DNA from: an uncultured virus (IMG/VR IMGVR_UViG_3300028373_000196)
Lineage: Duplodnaviria > Heunggongvirae > Uroviricota > Caudoviricetes
Length of the DNA stretch: 64,000 nucleotides
Virus record (IMG/VR): IMGVR_UViG_3300028373_000196
Direction: 5' to 3' (one strand)
Within the stretch, counting starts at the first letter, position 1; every line of letters begins with the position of its first letter. Positions 37,433-45,963 of the stretch are shown piece after piece. The notes under the pieces are model-generated. The model was not told where the DNA came from, searched no databases, and was given only the letters and a program-made list of their open reading frames with translations. A program made the translations under genes and the position numbers.

Positions 37433-38452
37433 ATGACTGAACGTAGCAAATTTGAACAAATGGTAGAGCGTCTTATTAATGAAGACAGAGCCGGTGCCGA
37501 AGAATTATTCCACGAGATTGTGGTAGAGAAATCAAGAGCAATTTATCAAAATATCATCGAGTCTGATGAAGACGAAGATCTAGATGAAGAAGAAGAGGAC
37601 GACCTTGACGAAGCTGAAGAGGACGATCTTGATGACGAGGAAGTATCCGAAGGCTCTTACGAAGACAAGGACGACGAGGAAGACCTAGACGAAATGTTTG
37701 GTCTTAACAATATGTCCGAAGAAGATCCATCAATGATGGGCGGCGACGCTACTGATAACATGATAAGCGACGTTGGCATGGACGACGAAGACGGTGAAAT
37801 GGATCCAGACGATGGCATGGACGACATGATGAACGACGAGGGTGGTGCCGGCCCATTGGCAGCAATTGATGACCTTGCAGATGCATTGGAAAAGCTAAGA
37901 TCAGAATTTCAAGACATAATCGGCAACGACGGCGATGACGAAGCAAATCCATTTGGAAATGACGAAGAAGAAGAAGGCGAAGAAGAAGGCGAAGAAGAAG
38001 AAGCTGAAGAAGACGAAGCTGAAGAAGAATCATTTGCTTATGAATCATCAAAATCTCCAAGAGGACCAAAAAGCGCTGGCGAACAAATGCGCGAGTATGT
38101 TGAAAAAGTTCAAGGCGGTGAATTAGGTTCCAAAATTGGCGGCGACAACGGAGCAAACTCCAAGTCAACAGTTGCTTCGAAGAATGACATGGGAGGATCA
38201 TCTGCTAACATACTACGCACAGACACAGAAACTCCAACTGAAGCAAACAAGGGTCACTTGAAGGGCCAAAGTGTGTTTAAAGGTAACCCAAAAACAGATA
38301 ACGCAGGGAATATAAACGTTCCAGGCGGGAAGGCTGGGAAATCTTCTTTTAAGAAGAATGAACCAGGTCATGGCGCCGAAAAGAAAGGCAAGCCAGAAAC
38401 TGCCGACAGAGGCGCTGGTAGTACAATCAAAACTACTGTGCGCAAGAAGTAA
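37433..38452 (+). CDS. Highly acidic prohead core/scaffold-associated protein
   Basis: D/E-rich; directly upstream of the protease gene; start ATG at 37433 after AGGAG; TAAATA at about 37394. Confidence 0.65.
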   Translation: MTERSKFEQMVERLINEDRAGAEELFHEIVVEKSRAIYQNIIESDEDEDLDEEEEDDLDEAEEDDLDDEEVSEGSYEDKDDEEDLDEMFGLNNMSEEDPSMMGGDATDNMISDVGMDDEDGEMDPDDGMDDMMNDEGGAGPLAAIDDLADALEKLRSEFQDIIGNDGDDEANPFGNDEEEEGEEEGEEEEAEEDEAEEESFAYESSKSPRGPKSAGEQMREYVEKVQGGELGSKIGGDNGANSKSTVASKNDMGGSSANILRTDTETPTEANKGHLKGQSVFKGNPKTDNAGNINVPGGKAGKSSFKKNEPGHGAEKKGKPETADRGAGSTIKTTVRKK

Positions 38453-38474
38453 GGCAAGAAGGTAAGGACAACAG

Positions 38475-39098
38475 ATGAATTTCTTAACAGAGAGTCTTAG
38501 TTTCGACCAGGCTAAAATGATAGTTGAGTCTGCCGAAGATGGCAAAACTCTTCATATGAAGGGTATTGTTATTCAAGGCGGAATACGTAACGCAAATCAA
38601 CGTTTGTATCCCGTAAATGAAATTGGCAGGGCTGTCAGAACTCTTAACGATCAGGTTAGCGGAGGATACTCAGTTCTCGGTGAAGTAGATCATCCTGAAG
38701 GCCTTAATATCAACCTAGACCGCGTAAGTCATATGATCACAGAAATGTGGATGGATGGCCCAAATGGTTATGGTAAACTAAAGATACTTCCTACACCGAT
38801 GGGACAACTAGTTCAAACAATGCTCGAAGCGGGTGTTAAACTAGGTGTTTCATCGCGTGGAAGTGGCAACGTTAAAGAAGACGGCAGCGGCGAAGTATCA
38901 GAATTTGAAATTATTACTGTTGATGTAGTGGCACAACCCAGTGCTCCGGGTGCATACCCAACACCAATTTATGAGCACCTTATGAATCAACGAGGCGGTT
39001 ATAAAGCATTTATGCGAAGTAAAGAAGTAACAGGCAACCCACAGGCACAAAAATACATTGCAGAGAGTCTATTGAACATAATAGACAGACTCAATTAA
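38475..39098 (+). CDS. gp21: Prohead protease
   Basis: NANQRLYP, LGEVDHP, LGVSSRGSG and DVVAQPSAPGAYP motifs. Confidence 0.95.
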   Translation: MNFLTESLSFDQAKMIVESAEDGKTLHMKGIVIQGGIRNANQRLYPVNEIGRAVRTLNDQVSGGYSVLGEVDHPEGLNINLDRVSHMITEMWMDGPNGYGKLKILPTPMGQLVQTMLEAGVKLGVSSRGSGNVKEDGSGEVSEFEIITVDVVAQPSAPGAYPTPIYEHLMNQRGGYKAFMRSKEVTGNPQAQKYIAESLLNIIDRLN

Positions 39099-39110
39099 AA
39101 GGAGAAAATA

Positions 39111-40199
39111 ATGGAAGCACTAAAAGCCCTTTTAGAGAGTGACGCGATATCTGAGCAAATGAAATCAGAGATTCAAGAAGCCTGGGACATTAAGGTTGTA
39201 GAAAACCGCAAACAGGTAACAACGGCACTTCGTGAAGAATTTGCTAAGAAATATGAGCATGATAAAAGTGCTATGATCGAAGCAATTGATACTGTTGTGA
39301 GCGAAAAGCTCATAGAGGAAATGGTAGAATTCAATGAAGACCGCAAACAGCTAGCTGAAGCTAAAGCAAAGTATGCAATTAAGATGCGTGAAGACGCAAA
39401 ATTAATGAAGCGCTTTGTAATGGAACAACTTGCTGGTGAAATTTCTGAACTACACAACGATCAAAAGACAACAGCAACTAAATTTGCTGTACTTGAAGAT
39501 TTTGTTGTAGAGCAACTTGCAAAAGAACTTGCTGAATTCCAGGAAGATAAAAACGACCTTGCAGAAACTAAAGTACGTCTCGTAAGAGAATCCAAATCGC
39601 ACTTTGCTAAAGTTAAGCAAGACTTTATTAACAGAAGCGTAACTGCACTATCCGAAACAGTTGAAAAGGGACTACGTTCCGAAATTCTTCAACTTAAAGA
39701 AGATATCGAAGTTGCACGCATGAACGACTTTGGTCGTAAAATATTTGAGGCGTTTGCTGGTGAATATCTGAACAGTCACTTAAATGAGAAGTCAGAAACC
39801 AAGAAACTACTAAAGGTACTTAATGCAAAAGACAAACAGCTTGCAGAAGCCAAAGCCTTTGCCGTTAAAGCAAAGAACTTAGCAGAATCAAAGAATAACG
39901 AAGTCAAGCACCTAGTTGAATCTAGAGACAGAGCAAAAGTACTAAACGACCTCACTGGCCCCTTAAACAAGAGTCAAAAGGCAATAATGAACGACTTGTT
40001 AGAATCGGTACAAACAAACAGACTGCAAAGTTCGTTTAACAAGTACCTTCCATCTGTAATAGATGGGCATCCTCGCGCAAGACAAAAGGCACCCCTTAAA
40101 GAAGGCAAAGAAATCACAGGCAATCGTAAACAAGAACACATGACATCAACAGCAGACACAAATGTATTAGACATACGTCGTCTTGCAGGATTGAAATAA
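39111..40199 (+). CDS. gp22: Prohead scaffolding protein
   Basis: Coiled-coil, FGRKIFEAF motif; between protease and capsid genes. Confidence 0.8.
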   Translation: MEALKALLESDAISEQMKSEIQEAWDIKVVENRKQVTTALREEFAKKYEHDKSAMIEAIDTVVSEKLIEEMVEFNEDRKQLAEAKAKYAIKMREDAKLMKRFVMEQLAGEISELHNDQKTTATKFAVLEDFVVEQLAKELAEFQEDKNDLAETKVRLVRESKSHFAKVKQDFINRSVTALSETVEKGLRSEILQLKEDIEVARMNDFGRKIFEAFAGEYLNSHLNEKSETKKLLKVLNAKDKQLAEAKAFAVKAKNLAESKNNEVKHLVESRDRAKVLNDLTGPLNKSQKAIMNDLLESVQTNRLQSSFNKYLPSVIDGHPRARQKAPLKEGKEITGNRKQEHMTSTADTNVLDIRRLAGLK

Positions 40200-40211
40200 G
40201 GAGAATCAAAA

Positions 40212-41393
40212 ATGTCAGAACTATTAGAAAGTAGATGGCAGGAGACCAAGGGTGCCCTTCTTGAAGGCCTTGCAGGCAACAAAAAAGCAGTAATGAATGT
40301 TACACTGGAAAATACTCGTAAGTATCTTTCAGAAAGTGCAACTGCCGGTGCCACTTCTGCTGGTAATATCGCAACACTACACCGTGTAATCCTTCCAGTG
40401 ATTAGACGTGTTATGCCTACTGTTATTGCAAACGAGCTTGTTGGTGTACAGCCAATGCAGGGACCAGTATCGCAGATTCACACTCTACGTGTGCGTTACA
40501 GTGACGGCTTCACTGACGGTGTCGGCGGAAACGTAACAGCTGGTGAAGAAGCCCTAAGTCCATTCAAGATTGCTGAAGGTTACTCAGGTAACATTGGCAC
40601 TGGCAATGGTCGTCCGGCAAATACTGCGGCGCTCGAAGGCGTTGCTGGTAACAGGATGTCTATCCAGATCCTCAAGCAGACTGTTGAAGCTAAATCACGT
40701 AAGCTATCAGCACGTTGGACTTTTGAAGCTGCACAAGACGCACAAGCGATGCATGGCATCGACGTAGAAGCAGAAATCATGGCTGCTCTTGCACAAGAAA
40801 TTACTGCTGAAATTGATCAAGAAGTACTACGCAGCCTGCGCTCACTAGCTGGTTCTGCTGTAGAAACTTACGATCAAGCAGCAGTATCCGGTACTGCTAC
40901 CTTTGTCGGTGACGAGCATGCTGCACTAGCTGTTCAGATCAACAGAGTATCAAACCTAATCGCTCAGCGTACTCGTCGCGGTGCAGGTAACTGGGCAGTT
41001 GTTTCCCCAACTGTTCTTACACTTCTACAGTCAGCAACTACTTCGGCATTTGCTCGTACTACCGAAGGCACATTTGAAGCACCAACCAACACTAAAATGG
41101 TCGGTACTCTTAACAACGCAATGAAAGTATATGTCAACACATATGCAACTTCAGATGATGTGATCATTGGCTACAAAGGAACAAGTGAATCAGATGCAGC
41201 GGCCTTCTATTGCCCATACATTCCACTAATGAGTTCCGGCGTTGTGCTTGATCCACAAACATTCGAGCCAGTGGTTAGCTTTATGACACGGTATGGTTAT
41301 GTAGAACTAACTAACACTGCGTCATCACTTGGTAACGCAGCTGACTACCTGGGTGTTGTTGGAGTCAACACTGGTAATCTTAGCTTTAGCTAA
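40212..41393 (+). CDS. gp23: Major capsid protein
   Basis: VGVQPMQGP, VEAKSRKLSARWTFEAAQD, FYCPYIPL and MTRYG motifs. Confidence 0.97.
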   Translation: MSELLESRWQETKGALLEGLAGNKKAVMNVTLENTRKYLSESATAGATSAGNIATLHRVILPVIRRVMPTVIANELVGVQPMQGPVSQIHTLRVRYSDGFTDGVGGNVTAGEEALSPFKIAEGYSGNIGTGNGRPANTAALEGVAGNRMSIQILKQTVEAKSRKLSARWTFEAAQDAQAMHGIDVEAEIMAALAQEITAEIDQEVLRSLRSLAGSAVETYDQAAVSGTATFVGDEHAALAVQINRVSNLIAQRTRRGAGNWAVVSPTVLTLLQSATTSAFARTTEGTFEAPTNTKMVGTLNNAMKVYVNTYATSDDVIIGYKGTSESDAAAFYCPYIPLMSSGVVLDPQTFEPVVSFMTRYGYVELTNTASSLGNAADYLGVVGVNTGNLSFS

Positions 41394-41417
41394 ACGTAGC
41401 AACAAGAAAACAAGATT

Positions 41418-41440
41418 AGGCCCCTTGGGGCCTTTTCTTT
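41418..41440 (+). terminator. Intrinsic terminator after the major capsid gene
   Basis: AGGCCCC-tt-GGGGCCT followed by TTTCTTT. Confidence 0.8.
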
Positions 41441-41453
41441 TGAATTATTGTGC

Positions 41454-43040
41454 TTATAACCCTGATTTTCGTGAATTACTAGATTCTAACATCCATCGCC
41501 GCTTGCCGCAATCCCACACTTTAAGTAACCCAATTTCTTTGCATATTTCTTTTTCTGTTTTTAATTTATCGTATCCTTTTTTAATTAACTTTTGTTTTGA
41601 AAAATTAAACCGGTGCATTAGTTTTTCTTCTCTTGGATGAATATACCAATAGCTAACATCAATGTCTCTTTCTAAATCAAACCCAAGTGTTTTATACAAA
41701 CTGCCGTTGCTCCATTCGTTGTTGCTGTAAGAATACACTGCTTGATCAGGATATTCTTTACAAAATGCTGCTAATAATTTTCCTGCGCCTCCAACTACCC
41801 GTAACGCACTAGCATATCTTACTAATTCAAATCCCCGAGTTTGCTTGCCTAGTGCAATGCGTGAACGCGAGAACGTCATTACAGCAACTAATATATCGTT
41901 ATGATCAAATAATCCGTAGCATACCGAAGCCGGCGTGTATCCTTGTATATGATTTTTATTTAAAAACTCTGTTGTATGTTTTGCAGATATCAGTCTGACT
42001 ACTGTTTGTCTGGCATAAATCGATTGAGTATCTAAGCCTAGTTTATTTATTAAAGATTGTTTTACAATATCTTTGCGCGTGTTCCAAAAGTTTGAAAAGA
42101 TAGTAATTAGCTGTATTCCTAAATACTCGGCTTCTATAAACTTGTTTTTGTGATAAGACCGAGTGATGTGACTTATATCTTCGTGGTGCCAATAAATTCC
42201 GTTAAATTCAATTGCTAAACGGTAGTCCGGCAAATAAATATCAATTTCCTTGCCGCTAGGTAACAGTTTCCGTGTGTTGCGTATTATGTTTGTAATTCCT
42301 AAACTCTGCAAAAACAATACTATTTCTTGCTCATACGAGCTCTGGTAAGGACTTTTAATTTTATGCTTATTGAGGTACTGATAAACGGTTTGTATATGAA
42401 CGCCAAGTGTTGTTGCAATGTCAGTAATGGGTATAGTTTCAAACATTTTTTTTAATGCCAATTTATCATGTAATGTTGAAATATCTTTTTCAGGAAATCG
42501 CTGTTGCCAAAAAACAGTATCCTTTTCTTTAAAAGTCTGTTTAATTTTTTCAGGATTATTGTAATTAGAATTTCCGTATTTGATAAGTTTTGTTTGTTGT
42601 ACTTTTGATACAACTGTATTTACGTTATCGGAATTATTATAAAAGTCTGCATGATTTTGTATAGCATGTTTTAATTTTCCTGCGTTGTTGACATTGTATT
42701 TTTTATTTAAGCTATTAATTTTTTTTGATTGTATTTGTTGTTTTTTCTCTTCGGTAAACTTTTTCTTAGTATTAGACACTGCTAGAGAAACACTTTCTCT
42801 AGCACATTTACACGCATTTGCCCTGCCACAAAAGGAGTATCCCTGGGTTATTCCTTTAAATTTATATTGCTGGCCATGAGGACATTGTGTTATAGGATTG
42901 TGTAATGCATTATATGCTTTTTCTGCAATTGTATTTCCAATAAATGTTTCTACAAATTTGTTAATATTAGTATCTTTTTTAATCATTCTAGTATAGTGTT
43001 TTGGATATTGGTTAATTAATTGTTGTAATTGAAGTTTCAT
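41454..43040 (-). CDS. Free-standing Hef-like homing endonuclease (PD-(D/E)xK domain plus GNAT-like C-terminal domain)
   Basis: EIDIYLPDYRLAIEFNGIYWH; FLNKNHIQG...ELVRYA...VWDCG; AT-rich and antisense to its neighbours. Confidence 0.75.
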   Translation of the reverse strand: MKLQLQQLINQYPKHYTRMIKKDTNINKFVETFIGNTIAEKAYNALHNPITQCPHGQQYKFKGITQGYSFCGRANACKCARESVSLAVSNTKKKFTEEKKQQIQSKKINSLNKKYNVNNAGKLKHAIQNHADFYNNSDNVNTVVSKVQQTKLIKYGNSNYNNPEKIKQTFKEKDTVFWQQRFPEKDISTLHDKLALKKMFETIPITDIATTLGVHIQTVYQYLNKHKIKSPYQSSYEQEIVLFLQSLGITNIIRNTRKLLPSGKEIDIYLPDYRLAIEFNGIYWHHEDISHITRSYHKNKFIEAEYLGIQLITIFSNFWNTRKDIVKQSLINKLGLDTQSIYARQTVVRLISAKHTTEFLNKNHIQGYTPASVCYGLFDHNDILVAVMTFSRSRIALGKQTRGFELVRYASALRVVGGAGKLLAAFCKEYPDQAVYSYSNNEWSNGSLYKTLGFDLERDIDVSYWYIHPREEKLMHRFNFSKQKLIKKGYDKLKTEKEICKEIGLLKVWDCGKRRWMLESSNSRKSGL

Positions 43041-43080
43041 ATTGTTCTATATACCTTTGAGCCTGTTATATAACTAGCTG

Positions 43081-43120
43081 TATTTAACTTTATTATAACA
43101 TTGAGTATGCAAAAAATCAA
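43081..43120 (-). promoter_or_regulatory. Sigma70-type promoter plus TAAATA for the endonuclease gene
   Basis: Minus strand TTGATT-17 nt-TATAAT, followed by GTTAAATA. Confidence 0.55.
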
Positions 43121-43267
43121 ATTAATCTTAACTACATTAAATAAAATTTATAAAAATAATTAGACATAATTTAAAAATATATTTCTCTTGGTTAAGTGTT
43201 AAAGAGGTCGACCTTTGCTGCATGTGATGTTATATTAAATACATAACAACAAGGAAGACATAGGCAC

Positions 43268-43849
43268 ATGAAAATTACACTACGCAAGGCAAACGCTGTA
43301 CAAGCAGCAATCAATGAAGCAATTACTGCTTTGGATCTTGACACAAATGTTAGTGTTAATGAATTTGAAAAGCCAAATGAAAAAATTGCAGCGGCAAGAA
43401 TTGTATTCACTGAGAATTCAGAAACACGCGAAGTAATGCTTGCAGCATTATATGATATCCGACGCAATGTTGCTAGAGCAAACGCCGCTGTAGGTATTAA
43501 CGATATACTTACAGAGGTAGCATTGCTTGAAAAACAAATTGGGCACATGACACGTTTGTCAAAATCAAAGCCTTGTGTTGCTGCAGAAGTTATGCGCGGC
43601 AAGCTTGGCAAGATTAGAAGCAGAGAATCTGGCTCAGCCGATACTTACCGCTTTGCAAGCGCTAATGAAGACGAAGTTGCTACTTCGATCTTCGAAGTAG
43701 CTGAAATTGATGAATTCCGCAAGAAGGCTGCTGAAATGAAAAAGAGAAAGCTCTTGTTACAAGATACACTTCTTGAATTAAATGTGAAGACTCAAATTGA
43801 AGTTGACGCAGACAGTGTACCAGCACTTACAGCAGCTGGTATCCTGTAA
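43268..43849 (+). CDS. Coiled-coil protein resembling the DIP1984/DUF6847 family
   Basis: 193 aa, IRRNVARANAAVGINDIL...FEVAEIDEFRKK...LQDTLLELNVKTQIE parallels the family's I..N...L and ...DV.....L...I...N..T pattern (judged by eye). Confidence 0.5.
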   Translation: MKITLRKANAVQAAINEAITALDLDTNVSVNEFEKPNEKIAAARIVFTENSETREVMLAALYDIRRNVARANAAVGINDILTEVALLEKQIGHMTRLSKSKPCVAAEVMRGKLGKIRSRESGSADTYRFASANEDEVATSIFEVAEIDEFRKKAAEMKKRKLLLQDTLLELNVKTQIEVDADSVPALTAAGIL

Positions 43850-43856
43850 ACAGTTT

Positions 43857-44131
43857 GGTGATTATGCGTTGAAAGCGTAAATTACCCAGAGGAGAAAGAT
43901 AAAAGAAGACCGGTACCATGTATGAGGTCATACACTTTCAATTAAGATCGTTTGATCATAGCAAGATTGTGTCCCAGCCACTTATTAGCCTTAACTGTGC
44001 CTGCATATTGCTGGCTGGAAATAGGATCCTTATGCTTTTTGCTTTTTGACTTTTGCCACAGTGGGTGCGCCTAGCGAACCGTATACTGTATGCACTTTGA
44101 TCAGCCAGTTTTTAATACTTTTTCTTCTCTG
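43857..44131 (+). ncRNA. Candidate structured RNA downstream of the coiled-coil gene
   Basis: 13-bp closing stem 43887-99/44119-31, internal hairpins, 7-nt TG-periodic repeats, followed by a terminator. Confidence 0.6.
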
Positions 44132-44138
44132 TCTTATT

Positions 44139-44170
44139 AAAGACTAGTCCGATTCGGACTAGTCTTTTTC
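44139..44170 (+). terminator. Strong intrinsic terminator
   Basis: AAAGACTAGTCC-gattc-GGACTAGTCTTT plus TT; perfect 12-bp stem. Confidence 0.85.
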
Positions 44171-44196
44171 CTTGACTACCTATTCTGTTCTTTTGA

Positions 44197-44275
44197 TAAA
44201 TATAAGTGTCTAGTGCTGCGCAAGCAGACTTATGCGGATACCCTCCGCGTAGACCTAGAACGTCAACATAGGAGA
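44197..44275 (+). promoter_or_regulatory. Late promoter followed by a structured 5' leader (three-way junction)
   Basis: TAAATA 44197-202; TCTAG/CTAGA stem enclosing CTGC-GCAA-GCAG and TATGCGG/CCGCGTA hairpins; SD GGAG at 44271. Confidence 0.55.
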
Positions 44276-44280
44276 AACAA

Positions 44281-44655
44281 ATGGGACGTCCAATTAACAA
44301 ACAATATCTTGGTACTACAAATGATGCCGACGATGGAACAATTCCAGCAACGGTTAAGATCGGAACAAACGACGTTACACTAACCGGAATAATTCTTTCA
44401 CAAAGATCAGAAACCAAATTTAGAGTTAATGATCTAGCAGGCGGCGACGGCAATTCCGGTTCGTGTGTTCTAGTTGACAAAGACATTCCATCTGACAACG
44501 AAATGGTTGTCAAGGGATACATCGGCGGCAACGGCGACGGTGTCAACATACGCAAATTTCATAACAGAACCATGATCGATTTTGACAACAACCGTTATAC
44601 TTGGGAAGTTCAAGACGATTCAACATCTAATATTCTAGTTCTGACTGCAATATAA
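44281..44655 (+). CDS. Virion structural protein
   Basis: 124 aa, MGRPINKQYLG; late promoter and strong SD. Confidence 0.65.
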   Translation: MGRPINKQYLGTTNDADDGTIPATVKIGTNDVTLTGIILSQRSETKFRVNDLAGGDGNSGSCVLVDKDIPSDNEMVVKGYIGGNGDGVNIRKFHNRTMIDFDNNRYTWEVQDDSTSNILVLTAI

Positions 44656-44668
44656 TAGGTGACTTGAG

Positions 44669-45589
44669 ATGGCATTAAGTAAGGTAACAAACTACGGAGT
44701 CGATTACTATAAGATTAAAATTAATACCGGCGGCGAAATCGCCCTTGATCCTGGTGCTGCTGGGTCAGTAAAAATTCTTGGAAACCTTGATATTTTTGAC
44801 AATATAGTTCATATTAACAAGGGAGAAACTGGCAGCGGCATTAGTTTAAATACCTCGGGTATTCAAATTGACAGAGGAACACTTCCTGATACTGTTATAT
44901 TATTTAATGAAGATAATAGATGGATGGACCCGTCTGATGGTACTACTGTTCTTGGAAATTTTGAATTTAAGAACACATTAGGAGATCTAATAGGTATTAA
45001 GACCAGTAGCATAACTACCAATGGCGAAGATTTATATTTAATAAATTCCGGTACTAGTATTGTTAGTGTAACAGGAACAACTGATTACGAACAGCAAGTG
45101 TTTGTTTATGTTAATGACGAAAACACTGGTGTACCAATTGATGACGATGCTATTCCAAATGTTAAAGCAATAATTGACTTTACATCACAAGATTTTAAAA
45201 ATAAAATTGTCGAAGGCGACACTAAAATTGAAATAAGTGATTTTAGTGTGTCGGGCGCGCCTAGCAAAATTGATGTTGAAGTCGACGGAGTTAATGGATT
45301 AACGATTACAGAAACTTCTGTATCACTTGGAACAGTTACAACTTTTCAGACTTCTAACATAAACGACTCAATAACGTTAGTTGTTACCGGGCAAGGTACA
45401 ATTAAGATCAGTAAAATTTTAGAAATTGAACGGGTTGATACTGTTCCTAATGCTCCAGTTAGCGGTCATAGTTTTTACGTTAACACACCATCTGAGGGCG
45501 GCTCAGGAGTATACTACATAGACGAAGACGCAAATACTGACGAATTAATATCTAGAAATAGAGCATTATTGTTTAGTATGGTTTTATAA
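44669..45589 (+). CDS. Virion structural protein (tail/fibre-associated)
   Basis: 306 aa, DNIVHINKGETG...SGIQIDRG; C-terminal ELISRNRALLFSMVL. Confidence 0.65.
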   Translation: MALSKVTNYGVDYYKIKINTGGEIALDPGAAGSVKILGNLDIFDNIVHINKGETGSGISLNTSGIQIDRGTLPDTVILFNEDNRWMDPSDGTTVLGNFEFKNTLGDLIGIKTSSITTNGEDLYLINSGTSIVSVTGTTDYEQQVFVYVNDENTGVPIDDDAIPNVKAIIDFTSQDFKNKIVEGDTKIEISDFSVSGAPSKIDVEVDGVNGLTITETSVSLGTVTTFQTSNINDSITLVVTGQGTIKISKILEIERVDTVPNAPVSGHSFYVNTPSEGGSGVYYIDEDANTDELISRNRALLFSMVL

Positions 45590-45599
45590 AGGAATAAAA

Positions 45600-45962
45600 A
45601 TGGCACTAGAAAATGCACAACTAACTACTTCTCGGTTAGACTTATTTGTAGGCGGCGTGCCAGCAAATAAAAGATTTGCTATTACCAGCATCATGGTATG
45701 CAACACGTATGATCCAAATGCCGGAGACGCTAGTGCAAATACTGCAAGTTTTGATATGCATTTTAGAAAAGCAGGTCAGGCACTATCAAACAGTGTTACA
45801 TGCGTAGTAAGATCATTAGACTTGGTCGCAGGAGAAACTTTTACATTTGATACTGAAAAAGTTATTCTTGACCAAGGAGAAGAATTAAGTTTTGTTGCCT
45901 TTCCGGCCCTAGTTGGAGAATTAACTAATTTATCAGTATCAGTAAGTTACCTGGAAGTATAA
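45600..45962 (+). CDS. Small beta-rich virion protein
   Basis: 120 aa, IMVCN...ETFTFDTEKVILDQGE; resembles the 50976 ORF. Confidence 0.6.
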   Translation: MALENAQLTTSRLDLFVGGVPANKRFAITSIMVCNTYDPNAGDASANTASFDMHFRKAGQALSNSVTCVVRSLDLVAGETFTFDTEKVILDQGEELSFVAFPALVGELTNLSVSVSYLEV

Positions 45963-45963
45963 A

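Noticed and set aside
37560..38030. GAA/GAC-rich low-complexity repeats
   Set aside because: Explained by the Asp/Glu-rich prohead core protein.
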